From Somniosus microcephalus (taxonomy: Eukaryota), in assembly GCA_052327205.1 (NCBI GenBank), contig CM126230.1, positions 27,280,001 to 27,344,000 on the forward strand: DNA of 64,000 bases. Reading direction: 5' to 3'. Below the pieces are notes generated by a model that saw nothing but the letters and a program-made list of their open reading frames with translations, did not search any database and was not told the origin of the DNA. This document shows, piece after piece, positions 38,406-51,671 of this stretch (within the stretch, counting starts at the first letter, position 1; the number at the start of each line of letters is the position of its first letter). Position numbers and translations under genes: made by a program.

Positions 38406-40801
38406 CCATCAGTAGGAGTACGCACAGTGTTACTTGGGCAATCCACAAACAAAATGTAATGGCTATGGTATTTCAGTATTCAAGCAGCAAACCACCCAAT
38501 AATATACTAAGAAAAATAAGATTGCATGATTAAACAGAAGGAGCACACTTGTCTGGGTACATAGGTACAGTGCCTCCTTCATTATGTTGCAGATTTGGGA
38601 TCATGGTGATCTATTGGGGGTATAATTTTAAGTTACACAATGTGCTACCCGCCCCCTAAGTATAAATAGAATTAGATAAGCAAATTAATTGTTGCAAAGG
38701 ATTCCTGAAAAAAACACTTCAGGTTTCAGACATATATAAAAATCACAAACTTAACATTTTGCCATACCATCACAAAGTAAAACAGATTAAAACCCAATGC
38801 TTTTTGTAGAATGTGCAGTCAAGGGACCATGACTTCATAAGAGGTAGTAACATTTTGAACAAAAGAAAGTGATGCATATTTGGATGAACGACTGGCATAA
38901 AAATAGAAATGAGAGAGACTGTGGTGCTGAATTCCAAAAAGGCATGTAATTCCAGGTATAAAGGCAAACTGATGCCAATTTTTGAAATGAGCGCTGAAGA
39001 GACATTGTCACGGTGGGCAAAGCAATCTGCCATTAATGTATGCACTGTTAAGCTATTTGTTGATACTTGATGTTAGCGAGCATTCTACGACAATGAGAAA
39101 ACAGACAAAATCCCGCTGACATTGGTGTCACGTACAGGAGTATTACTTTTTGGCCAAATTTTAATCAAATGCTTTTGACGACCTAAAACAGACTTTACCA
39201 ATGGTTTCAAATGCCAAACCAAACTATTTTTCTTATATCACGCACAGTATTGTAACAGATTTTTAAAAACTCTCATCAATAAAGTTTCCAGCCCGTGAAT
39301 GACCATGCACATTGCATAGTCGGTATTAACAGTACTGTAGCTTTCTGTGTATTGATACAAGGTATTGGAAATTAAAAATACAAAAATGGACACAATTATA
39401 CATAAACCACCCCACTAATAAATCTGTTAGCTGCCTTGCACAAGAATTTTATTAATACTCTGCAACAGCTGAACCATGACTATTAAACGTCATTAAATCT
39501 CTCCTTTATTAAAAAAAAACCTGTTGTTGAAAAAAACATGCTGAGTTCTGTTAGTAAGGTATAATAGATTAACATGTCTTATCAATGTTGCTAAGTATGC
39601 GATTCCACATTTCAGTGTTCTTACAGAAACCACTGCATCACCCAATACATCTGTGCAGCTAATTAAAGATAATTTGATCTTAATGAGGCAGAACGGGTAT
39701 CAGCATTAATTCAAATGTAAGTCCATCCATGAAAGTCATGGAAAGATTCGTCTACAAAACCTCACATCTTCTCCCATAACTACTGGCGATCTATTTTACA
39801 CAATCAAGTCTCAACTCTAGCTCATTACATTTACAAGTTTCCAAAAATATTCTGAAAGTCAAATTTGACCATTTGGTTACGAGCAATAGACAAAAGAAAA
39901 CAAAAATGTTAACATTAATGCATATCATAATGACATTTTTCTTTCTATTGCCATTGATAAAAATGTTGGACTACAAGCAACTGACATGAGAGAGAATGTG
40001 TGATCGAGTTTAAAATAATTTTTAAGTGAAGTTGCATTGATGGCATCAAAAGAAAATGTCAAATGTAAATTACTTGTGCTTTGTTCCATTTAGCTTAAAG
40101 TCATCATGAAAAAAGTACCGCTTTTATCCTCATTTGAACAAAAACATTCCTCTTTTACACTTTCTAATTCTAATCATCCACCAGTCTCTCATAATATCGT
40201 TAAATTCATACTAGTGGAAAAGTCCATAAAACGTTATGAGCACATTTAGACATGGGAAGCTCGGCGTTTCTCTCCATTCAGGCACTGTCAGTGTTACTCT
40301 TGGCCAAACCAACAGGAGGTGTGCAAGAGCAGCTCCAGTGACCCACTGACTGATTCTCCCTCCCTCTGAAGTATCTCATCTCGGCAAAGTATTTCTGACT
40401 ACACAGCTAGAATTTGCCACCTAAAATCATGGGCGGGCAAACAAACCTCACTGGCCTATGTTGGTGCACATTAAATCATCAATATACGGCACTATTGTGC
40501 TCCATAGTTGTTTTTATGACTACTAATTTTTTCATTTTTTTTAACCCTGTGAACTCAGCTCCGTTAGGAACCGGATTTCATTTTCTCCTTTCTTTCCAAT
40601 TCAAGCCACAGGCTGTATTTCTCTCATTTATGGCTTAATTTTTCACATCAGTTGCAATGTTTGTGTAATTTACATATCTAGCTAATTTTGCTTATTTCTC
40701 GGATTCTTGTTTTGCATTTGATTATTTGTTTGCTGTTTGCTTTACAGTATTTCGATTGTGAAAAGTAAATAGCTTCTCCAACAAACTGTACAAGCACATT
40801 A

Positions 40802-41366
40802 CAGGTAGACTATCCTTTATCCGAAAACCTCGGGACCAGCCGAGTTTCGGATAAAGGAGAATTTCGGATTTCGGAAGGTGGGTCGGCGGGGGTCCGCGGG
40901 GGGGTCGGCAGGGGGTCGTGCGCACGACTTACGCTGACGCTCAGCGTAAGGTCGGCGGGGTCCGCGGGGGGGGTCGGCGGTTGGCGGGGTCGGCGGTTGT
41001 CGGGGGTGTCGGCGGTTGTCGGGGCTGGCGGGGTCGGCGGTTGTCGGGGCCCGCGGGGGGGGTCGGCGGTTGTCGGGGCTGGCGGGGTCGGCGGTTGTCG
41101 GGGCCCGCGGGGGGGTCGGCGGTTGTCGGGGCTGGCGGGGTCGGCGGTTGTCGGGGCCGGCGGGGGGGTCGGCGGTTGTCGGGGCCGGCGGGGTCCGCGG
41201 GGGGGGTCGTGCGCACGACTTACCCTTTATCCGAACTTCCGAAACCGGAACCCTCTAAAAACCGAAGGTTTTTTCGTTCGTACGCACGACTTACGCTGAA
41301 CGAAAAAACCTTCGGTTTTTAGAGGGTTTCGGTTTTCGGAAGTCCAGATAAAGGGTAGTCTACCTG
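40802..41366. mobile_element. Tigger4/MER46-like pogo MITE, family 2, copy B, containing a GC-rich minisatellite
   Basis: Same TIRs with TA on both sides. The first 40 bp are identical to copy A. Confidence 0.88.
40950..41206 (+). repeat. G-rich, CpG-rich tandem repeat (GGCGGGGTCGGCGGTTGTCGGGG variants)
   Basis: About nine GTCGGCGGTT(G) units separated by G-runs. This repeat is the source of the spurious ORFs 40918-41322. Confidence 0.9.
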
Positions 41367-43750
41367 TATACACAAGTTGTCAGTGTCGTTCTGATTTGCT
41401 GTTCCAAGTTGACTATACTGCAGATTTCATATCTTTTCAAATCAACCATGTTTTATGAGGAGATATTTTGATGAGGTAATAGGGAAGAATTACTTCCACT
41501 GCCTGCTGTCGGAAACTAGAGGGGATTAACCCCTCAAGCCCACCCCCTTTCCCGAAAAACATGCAAAATCCTCCAAGGTGCACCAAACCTGCCCGAACTA
41601 ACTGCTCCCCCATCAGAACATACTTCAACCCCTCCTGAAAACCCCCCATCTCCAGTCATTTCATCTGCATGTTCCAGGTTCAATTCAGGGCCCAATATAA
41701 TCCCCAAAAGTAAGTAGGACCCACTGCTCTCAAATGCAACACCTCGAGCACAATCTAGAGCACACTGAAAACAACGGTTGGTCATTTTTATAATGATTTA
41801 TCCTTGAACTTTGGTATTTTTTAACCATGATTTTTCCCAAAATTGCAACCAGAATCATCACTTACCAACTTGTCTAGTTTTGCCATCGAGTATCAGGACT
41901 AAGTTAGATGCAGGGTAAAATGATCATAGCTGGTTTCATTAATCCAGCTTATTAACTGTAGAAGAACTTTCTACTATTTCTTTGGCATGAATCTTTCAGT
42001 TTCCTCTTTGATACTTTCTTATGATCTGGGTTAGAAAGCCAATGAATGCTAAATTTTGTATTGTACACTCATGCTTAATAGGTACTAGACTAAGACTGAT
42101 GAACCTGCTCAAACACCTATGGGACTCTTTCAGCAGTTTAATAGGAGGTTATAGTCCCTGCATTTTGGACTGGATTTGAATCCAGTAATAGTCCCAAGGC
42201 ATCTCACATTGGAGAAATAGACACCCAGTGGTAGAACAGTTAAGGGAACTGACTGAAGGGGAACTGACTGAAGCTTTCGGTCAAAGAGATGGGGAGAGAG
42301 GTGGGAATGGAGGGTTTCAGGGAAAGAATTTTGGACAGTGGGGTTGAGGCAGCAGACGGGGCCTGGGGTTGGGGGGGGGGCGGGGGAACTTAAAAACAAG
42401 AGGTCTAAAGAAATAAGAAAGTTTTACATTGTAGAAGAGAAGAAAAAGCAAAAGCAGAAAATTGATTTCCCAGACAGACTGTCTCCAGATTGCTGCTCGG
42501 CTCCTTTCTCTTTCATACATCATTTACTCGGTCTTCTGGTTTTTGTCTAGGATCCTTACACAATATCCAGTCATTTATCCAGGTCGTGTATCTGCATATT
42601 TTACATACCTCCAAGTAACTTCACTATGTCAATGAACATATACTTCACACTGAAGTAAGTCTGGCACTCACCGTCTGCACCATCATTTGCGCCATTCTTG
42701 AATGATTAAACAGGTTCGAATCTTCCCACAGTCAATGCTTATCCCCAAACAGGGTTTTTTCATACGATTTGACCTCTCTCAATGCAGACAACTCTCAAAG
42801 TGCAAAAAGGAAAATCTGGCAGGGAGGATCATATGCTGGTAACAAAACCCACCTGACTGGCTTTCTTCAGAAATTAATGGAAGGAAAATCAGGCAAGTTT
42901 TGTAATGTATTCTACAATGCAATCCTCCCGCCAGATGTTCCATCTGCGCTTTACCAAGGCAATGGTTAACTCCCAGGCGGTAAAGGCAAAAATCTCCCCT
43001 AATAGTTAAGTGCTTATGAGACAGGTGGTCACTTTACAAATCATTCTCAAGTTAAGATAACTCCTCAAAACTAGAAGTGAGAGATTATCTTCATCCCGAA
43101 CACAAAAACCCATTATCATTTTGACACTTTTTTCTAGATGCTTCTCTCACTGGTTATTCTGCAAGCTCACATTTATTCTTATTTTTCATCTTGTAGACTT
43201 CTTTCACTGTGTAACCTTTTATTTCAGAGGCCAGTTTCATCCCTCTTCCCAGATGCTGGCACACCGGAATAACTCCACTATCCTGTTCAATTCTCAACTG
43301 AGCTTCAATCCCCACATCTAGTCCTGCTGACTTCCGCCTCAACAACATAGCCTTCCCGAATCTCTACCTTTCCCAACACTGCCCAAACCCTCATCCACAC
43401 CATTATCCCTAGCCTTGATTTCTCAGTCTCCTCATGAGCTCCATGGGCCCTGTGCCAGTGGGCCACGGCTCTTCCTAAACCCTTCCTCCTTTCTACCTTC
43501 CCTCTCTTCCTCCACAATTCAATATTCTATTTCTCTGACTGTACCTTGAACCACTTCCCCTAACTTCTCTCCCACTTCCTGCTCAGATTCCCTAATCCTC
43601 CCTGTAAAGCACCGCAGGGTGTTTTGCTACATGAAAGACTGTAAGTAGATGTTGTATCTAGTAGGACTACAGTTTACCTATGTTAGATACAGTTTTGAAG
43701 TCTGCAGCTTTTACACACCAACACAGACCTGGACTTTTAAAATCTAATTA

Positions 43751-44083
43751 CAGGAAACTTTTGTTTAACCGGAGGTTAAATGTCCGGAAAGCTCTATCTA
43801 CCGGCAAAATTCAGGAGCTGTTTCCTATTAAGTTTTTTTTACCTCGTTGCTTTTTTTCCCCAGTCAGGCTCTGCAAGGTCTGGCTGAAGCTGTTGCTTAG
43901 CTACAGAGACGCTTTTAAGCTACGGCCGACTGTTTTGAAGCTGTTGCTAAGCAACAGGGTTTGTTGATTCACACGGAGCTCAAAAGCTCCGTATGTTTTA
44001 ACATTAGCGCTGGTTTCTACGGCAGTTTTGATGGTACGGCACCAGCTTGGTCCCGTCAGTGCCGGATACCAGAAAGTTTCCTG
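43751..44083. mobile_element. TA-targeting pogo/Tigger-like MITE, family 1, opposite orientation
   Basis: TA|CAGGAAACTTT...AAAGTTTCCTG|TA. The terminal block GGCACCAGCTTGGTCCCGTCAGTGCCGGATACCAGAAAGTTTCCTG is related to 28904-28951. Confidence 0.8.
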
Positions 44084-44565
44084 TATTGCAGATATGGACA
44101 CCAACAAAGATACATCATCACTAGTGGCAGGAATAGGTGACCAACATAAATAATTTTTTTTGGAGATCCAAAATTTAATATTGACAACTGGGTTCTGGAT
44201 TGATTCTGGTACAAACTTGGCAGTGTAACCAGGGAAGGGGTTTACATTTCTTATCTGTCTGCTTCTCTCTCTCTTCATGCATTCCCAACATCAACTAGGT
44301 TTTAATTGTGTCCATTTTCATGATTTTTCTCCCACAAGAAACCATGCTGAATAGAATTTCTGTTAAGGAACAGCATCCAAGCCTGAAATGCAACAAATGC
44401 CTGCTGAGCATCACAACGGGATGCATATGTGAACTGTGCTTAAAATTCGGCATGTTAATTTAGAAAAAAAATCTTACAATGAATGCTGCTGGAAGATGAA
44501 ATCCCCCCCAACTCAAACCCTTTTTTCGTTTGTTGAATTACTGATGTATAAATGATTCAACTCAC

Positions 44566-44674
44566 CACTGCTACCACAGTCTGCACAGGAGATGAGATCT
44601 TCTGGCTTTTTCTCTCGATTGTATTCCTTTGTCCCCAAGCAGAAACTGCAGATTGGAAAGGGATTTGCACGGGG
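44566..44674 (-). CDS. KAT6B: KAT6B coding exon, first half of PHD1 ([37 protein letters not shown]), 109 nt
   Basis: Manual minus-strand translation matches the KAT6A/B PHD1 motif [26 protein letters not shown]. Acceptor ttgtttctag, donor G|gtgagt. Confidence 0.95.
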
Positions 44675-46469
44675 CTAGAAACAAGAGGTTTTCTTCATTT
44701 ATTTTTTTTGCCGTATAAGTGTGACAATCAATCTAATATAATCATGTTAAAAAAAACAGCTATGCATCATAAAAAGTTTTCATTACAAATCACAAAGTAT
44801 GCACCATATTCACCCATTATGCAAACTATTTGCTTTAAAAATGTATCACACAATTTATCAATTTAACTCATTCATTTTGGCACATTCAACAGTTTCCACA
44901 TCAATTTGGCTCAGTGGATATGTTTTGAGTTGACCTACTGTACTCAGCAATGAACAAAGTCTTGCACTGTGCTATACATGGTTCATGCAGCCCACAAAAT
45001 AGTTCAGTCAGCTCAGGTTACATTTTATATTATTTTTCTACAAAATTTAATAGAATGCTCAACTTCCCAAAGCAAAACGTCAGTTTTTCCATCTGCTACT
45101 AAAATAGAAAGGCCTGCTTACAGCAGGACAACAGTGCAGAAATTTACTTTGAAAAGCACAATCGATTACCCCATTTCGAGGGATCAAATAGGTTTTATTA
45201 AGGACTGTTATAGATTGTGCCTTTGCGGTTAAGCTTTTGATACAGGTTTAATTTTCTATCAAAATAGGTCTGAATTATTGAACGATTGCTTTTGCTACTA
45301 AGGAGGCGTCAGCAACCTTGAACCTTGCCAAAAGAAGTGCATATGAAGATTACTAGACGATACTCCATCTTAATAAATATCAGTGCGGAAAATGTAGTAA
45401 TCACTCCACCTTTATCCCAGAAGTAGCTCAATAAATAACTGCACGTTTGTTCAATAGAATGATGTTTCAGTATGCTATATTGATTTTTTTTTAATGATGT
45501 ATGGGTTTATGCTTTCATCACTGGAAAAATATACCAACAGTCAGCATTCTAAACATATAATGGATATGTACCAAGCAATCCCACAATAATAACCTTTAGA
45601 AGAGCCAAACAAAACTTGGGCTAGGTATATAAAAGCTATTATATTCTCCTGTATTATTCAGTGAAGTTCTAATATAATTTCTTGTTAATGCACATGGGAT
45701 AATATTGTTGCTTCTCAAATCTCTATTTGATTACAGGATTTAAGCCTCCATGGCTATTTGCTATGATAGTTTTCTGTTTCTCGTCAGAAGGGTTAAGAAA
45801 TTCCTTGGTTTTTATACATCAGCGAATAGCAGACTTCAGACTGCGTTCCAAGGTAATAATAAATCTTGGGATTGAAATATTGTTGATAAAAAAAGAACTT
45901 TGAACAGTTTAAGAGACATGACACAATTGCAACTTCTCAATGAGATTATTGCAGTCAATGCATTATCTCACTATGCTATCCTACTCTTGATTACTTACTT
46001 AGACCTGCTTCCTCTTTTCCATTCCCAGGGAGGAAGGGTTGGTTGTGGTGGGGGTTTAAACAGGAGGGATTACCCCAATCTTAACTACTCCTTTCCTAAT
46101 TTGGAGCTCATGTTACCTAGGAATTGAAGAGACTGCTTTAACAAATCAGATGCAATTGTCAAAAACGACCTCAAAATTGCAGCCGAGCAGAAATGTTTTA
46201 ATTTAATTTTAACTCACTCTGCTGATACAGAATAAACCTGATACTGCAAGTTACATATAACAATTCATCTAAAAATCAGAAGGATAAAGTTATAATATAG
46301 TAGGTTACACCTCTTAGCTAAGTTTGTGATCATAGATTTAACCCTTTTTCATTTTTCTTTATAGTTATTTATACACGGGTTTTATACACCAACCCTCAGT
46401 CCTGTAACAAACAATTCAAATAAGGGGTTCACTCCTTTCTATCTTTAGAGCATTACCAATAAGAACAAG

Positions 46470-46750
46470 GGCAGCAGATGCATGGAAACACCATCACCTC
46501 CAATTCTATGTTCTCGAAGTACTCCTCCAAGTCACACACCATCTTGACTTGGACATATATCGCTGTTCCTTCATTGTTGCTGGGTCAAAACCCTGGAAGT
46601 CCTTATCCAACGGTATTGTGAGAGCACCTTAACCACATGGACTGCAGCGATTCAGTAAGAAGGCCCTCCACCACCTTCTCAAGGGCAACTACAGATGGGC
46701 AATAAATGCTGGCCCTGCCAGGGACACCCAAATCCCGATAATGAATAAAA
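46470..46750 (+). mobile_element. LINE 3' end (elasmobranch CR1-like family)
   Basis: caagggcagcagatgcatggaaacaccatcacc...catggactgcagcg...caccaccttctcaagggcaac...gggcaataaatgctggcc is recognised from recalled shark repeats. Confidence 0.6.
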
Positions 46751-46769
46751 TGCCAAAGAAGTCTATACC

Positions 46770-47200
46770 ACAAAAGTAGGGATTTTGGCCGATCACATTT
46801 GTGCCAGTTTTATGTTAGAGCAATCCAAAACTAATCCTACTACCCTGTTCTCTCCGCACAGCCCATGTATGTTCCTCCGCTTCAGATATTTATCCAATTT
46901 TCTCTTAAAAGATGTAATGGTCTCTGCCACAAGCACTTTCAACAACCATCTGTGTAAATAAAATTTCTTCTAACCTCAACTTCTCCTCACTCTCAAGTGA
47001 CAATTTTAAATTGATGAGCCCTCATCAGTGGCTTCTTAACTAGAAGAAATGGTCTTCCCCAATTCAGCTTATTAAAACCCTTCATAATTTTGAAAACCTC
47101 CATTAAATCTATTCTTAGTCATTTCTGCTCCAGTAGAAATAATCACATTATCTCAAGTTTCTGCTCATAACTATAATTTTCCATCCCTTGAATCATCAGT
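46770..47200 (-). mobile_element. Decayed CR1 3' fragment
   Basis: aaccatctgtgtaaataaaatttcttct and cccttcataattttgaaaacctccattaaatct are the antisense of the 'LMEVFKIMKG' and 'FTQMV' motifs. Confidence 0.6.
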
Positions 47201-48529
47201 GAACTTTCCCACTTCCATCATTATTTTTCTCAGTTTCATTATCCTTTTACTAAGATTAAACATGTTTTGTGCCAACTAAGTTCCGTTGTACCTAGGGATA
47301 TAAAATTTGTCGAACAAACTGTCAGAAAAAAAGTACTTTCCAACTTTGGTGGACACGAAGCCCAAACAATTTGTCCAATTTTAATTAATATGGGTGAACG
47401 TCTTTCTTCATCTCTGACAGTATTCCTTTGTCTGATTTTTCTGAAATTAATACATCCTTAAACAATCACAATGCAGCTCACTATCCATACACAAATTTCA
47501 GAATTGTTCTTAATGTACGTGTGGCAGTTCTTTGATGATTGCATGAAGTAGAATTCAAATGTTCCTTTCTATGCTCCCTTCTCCCAAGCCATCACATAAT
47601 TCCACTGTTTACCCACCAAAGTCAGCTTTGCTTTTATTCTTTTCAGTGTACATCCTTCTGTTTTTCTCTACTTTTATGTTTTCAGTATGGTGAACATAAC
47701 TCCTTTCACTGCTTCTGAAACAGTTTGCTGCTCACAATATTTCTGTATGCATATTTAAAGCATTCTTAAGACATTTCTCTGTCCACTATTACAGCTGAGG
47801 TAATATCACAATTAAAATAAATAGATTACTGCCAATACAGCGGAAAAAGGAGTGGATTTTATGAACATGTGAGGCGTTCATAAGCTATCAACAGTACTTT
47901 TTGGCAACCTGCTCTACAATTCTATTACACTCAAATGAAAAAATGTTGCCTAAATTTCTTATTTTCTTTTGACAGTACAAAGATTTTATGAGCCTATTGC
48001 CCTTTACTGAAATCCTAGTGAAAAGAAAAAAAAAAATCTAGTGTAGAGTGAAAACCCCACTTATTGAGAGATTCTGCAATAGAGGGTTAACTTATTTCTA
48101 AACTTCCATTACCAAGAGTGCAATTTTACAGCCACTTCCATCTCGGAGTGGGTCATTTACCTCCTTTCTTCGTTCCCCCCTCAGGAGGGTAACTGTATTT
48201 AAATCCTTCAGTTGAGTTGTTTCCCTGCTAGGTTGCTCCAGTGATGTTATCACCATTCCTGTGTGGCTACACAGAAGAGAACTGGAGAGCTGTTTTGGAG
48301 TCATCGAATGTTGCAAAACTACACAACTGGCTAGGGATGTTGTTAATATTGGTAACAGTGCACACAATTTTCTCCTGGTCATACATTGAAACATTACCAT
48401 TGTTTTACATCAATAGTGCCTTTAATAAGCCAAACAATTAGGTTATCTTAAGTCAGAATGGGAATCAAAAATATGATTTCTTAAAACATGGTAGCCTGAG
48501 GAAAAAATATCAGTGAACTGCCTCTATAG

Positions 48530-48682
48530 TGTCAGCCATGGCTCAGTCATAGCACTCTTGCCTCTGTGTCAGAAGATACTATTCCAGAGACTTGAGCTCA
48601 TAATCTAGGCCGACGCTTCAGTGCAGTGGTGAAGGAGTGCTATATTGATGGTGTTGTCTTTTGGATGAGACGTTAAACAGGA
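48530..48682 (+). mobile_element. Deu-domain SINE 5' half
   Basis: cagccatggctcag...cacttgcctctgtgtcagaag-like head, ending gtcttttggatgagacgttaaac. Confidence 0.65.
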
Positions 48683-49369
48683 AAAAAGTAGTCATCAAGA
48701 GCAGGTAGCACTATCCAGAATCACCAAAGGACAACAATCATCTCCAAATTAGTGTAGCCCTAGCCTTAATCTGAAAATACAAATGAGACACCCTAGCCAC
48801 CTTTCATTCCAGTATTTCTGCACAGGTTTCCCAAGGTTGCCAGAGGAAGGCTACGTAATCAGCCGGGAGAACAATCTTACAAACTAGCCTAACAGATCTA
48901 TACAACATCCATTGCAGCCTCACTGGGATGGATACCACCAATTATCTATCTTAGTGAGACAATTCAAAAGAATTCTGCAGTTTGCTTGCTCTTGGTCAAT
49001 CAATTATCTCAGTTTGTACTCCATTACACCCAATCATCCTCTTTTAACTCTTCAACACTCAGACCTTCCATCAGGGTACATGCCAAGCTTTCCAGCACCC
49101 CCCCCCACCAAAAAAAACTCAAATTCCTGCAGAGGATGTCGGCTCAATATTATCTGGACACTGCTCGGACTCAGGCCCAGGCCCCATAGAACGCTCAGGA
49201 AAAGTGGTAGGCAACAAACCCTGGATTTGTGAGTGTATATTCTCATATTTGGCTTCGAGGTAATGCTTCCAGCAGTTGTTGTCCCAAACCCAAGAGTTTC
49301 TTCTTCAGCTTTAGGGCCTTCAACATGGTGGAAAGCCTTATGCAGGATACTTTGAAAGAATGAAAAAAA

Positions 49370-49470
49370 AGATCTGCATTTATATAGCACCTTTCACAAC
49401 CTCAGGATGTCCCAAAGTGCTTTACAGCCAGTGAAGTACTTTTTGAAGTGTAGTCACTGTTGTAATGTCG
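49370..49470 (-). mobile_element. Deu-domain SINE 3' tail, antisense
   Basis: tgcatttatatagcacctttcacaacctcaggatgtcccaaagtgctttacagcc is the reverse complement of the tail in the other copies. Confidence 0.65.
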
Positions 49471-51671
49471 GATACTTTGCAATGTGCTAGCCACCTTGAT
49501 ATTCTAGTTGCCGGAGTCCAATGCTGCATACCAGGCTTATGCATCACCAACTGCTTAATTCAGATCTCCAGAGAGATGTGCCTGCTGTGAGGCTGACTCC
49601 CCTGCCAATGCACCAAGTGACAAGTCAATGTTTGTCAGCACCTCCCCCCTTGCAACAATTTCCCCCTTTTGCTACAAATACACCTCATGGCTTGATCCAA
49701 GATCTCACACGAGTCGAAGGGACCAGATCAAAGCCTTATGAAAATGACAAAAGCTATGCGATTGTATTTCCCCTCTTGGGACATACTGCAGTCTTGTATA
49801 AAGCAGCAATTAACCCATACATTTCTCAGAGCAAAATGCAGCTTATTCTTTTCCGATTACAAAGTACGCCTCCAACAGGTTGTATATACCCAAAGAACCA
49901 CCTTAAGAGTTATGACATCAGTGAGATTGTTCTGCCGTTTTCAGACTCAGTTGAAACACTAAAAGAAACCGAAATTCCCAGTTCAACATGGAGCAGAGGA
50001 TGCATGCTGGGTGTTAGGTAAAAAGATGAAGGGTGTATGATTGCTGAATATGACCTAAATAACAAGGCATTAGCTGAATTGTCTCTCATTTCTATTTTAT
50101 GCTGCCTGATGTTTTCCAGACTTAATTTAGCTAGTTGTGAGGAATGGGTCAGAGAGTTCAATTTATTCTCACTAAAAAAAAGATTGAGGAGGATATGATT
50201 ATAGTGTTTAAATATTATGATAGCTATAGATAAGTGGAATGTTCTTTTGGAAGAATTAGTGAGAAATAGGCAGGGGGAAAAGAAAAAAAATCAGAAAAAT
50301 TAGATTAAAAAGAAAATGTACTGGCATGCCGCATTGCAGTCACGTAGGACATGGATTAATGACCGAGGTTCAGTTGGATTCCCAATACAGTCGGCTCCTT
50401 ATAATTACAGGATCATCACAGACTGGAAGACTAAAATCAGAGAAAGTCATTCACAGCTGGCTGTCATAACCAGCATAATTCTAGGGTCCATCATTGTAGA
50501 TAGAGGTGCAGTCTCACTGCCTACACAACTTGCTCCCTGTTGGTTAAGCTATGAGTACACAGTGAGTGGGAACACTAATGAAAGAATCCACTCTCGAAGC
50601 TAAAAGAAAAATTTACAGAGTAGCTGAAGTGCAAAAAAAAATCAATCAGGTGGTCATTTGGCAGAAGAAAATCTTGAAGCAAATAACTGAAATCCAATTG
50701 AAATTGGACAAAGTAGTAACTATAACCCGAATCCCATTAAACATTTTGGGAGAATTCTCATCTCAGTGACACTAAGGTTCTATTCCAATAACATCAGAAA
50801 TGTGGGCAGTACTGTTCATTCCTGATGTCATGAGAATGGAATTTTAATGGTGACTGGAACAACTGCAACATGTACACAGCATTTGATCACAGGGCTTTTT
50901 ATTTAGAAAACACTCATTACTGTGCACGTGTCTGGAGTGGTATCCAACGCGGAGTGGTTTGTAGAGGGCAGGTGCTTCTGTTTTTCTTGGTGTAGATGGC
51001 AAGCTGATGATCAGTGGGGATAGGAGCCAGGTTAGTTTTCCTGTCACAATATAAGTGGCAGGATGGGGTCAAGTATCTCTTCACTGTTGACAGAACCAAA
51101 CATTTGGATTTGGCTTTTCAAACAATACTTCAAAGGCTTCCCTTTCCCGTACCTTCCATGACACACAAACCTTCAGAAATTTGAATTCTTATTTTTGGTG
51201 ATCAATACAGTCTCCACAATTTATAATGACTCTTTCATACTCAAGATACTTAAGTCAACAAACTGCACATTCTGAAAAGTATCATGAATTATTCTGTTTA
51301 ACCAGGCCACAAATGCAGACAATTCCGTTGACAGCCAAGCTGGATCCCCAGGGCTTTTCAGGTACAAGCTGCTGGTAGGACCAGAAAGTGGTAGCAGTAG
51401 AAAATGTTGCAGGGAATGCACCTACATAACAGTATCTGTATAACCTAGTTTGAGTGGAAGCTAAAATTAGCTGATCAAATTGAGGTTAGAGGAGCTACTG
51501 CTCCTTAGTGGAGAGCTTTTTAACACACAGGCTCCCTAAATCTTAAAGCCCAGATTTTACATGAACTGCAATGTTTAAGTTTACTTTGAAGTCCTACATA
51601 GCCAAATAGTTGACAAGGATTGGTTTTTGGTGATGGATATCTGGTTAGGCATACTAAGCTTTCCTTGAATA

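Noticed and set aside
40918-41322. Gly/Arg- and Pro-rich ORFs
   Set aside because: They are translations of the GC-rich minisatellite inside a MITE.
49521-50021. 166-aa plus-strand ORF (and the 141-aa ORF at 35000..35425)
   Set aside because: No recognisable motifs or gene structure. The length is compatible with chance or decayed repeat sequence.
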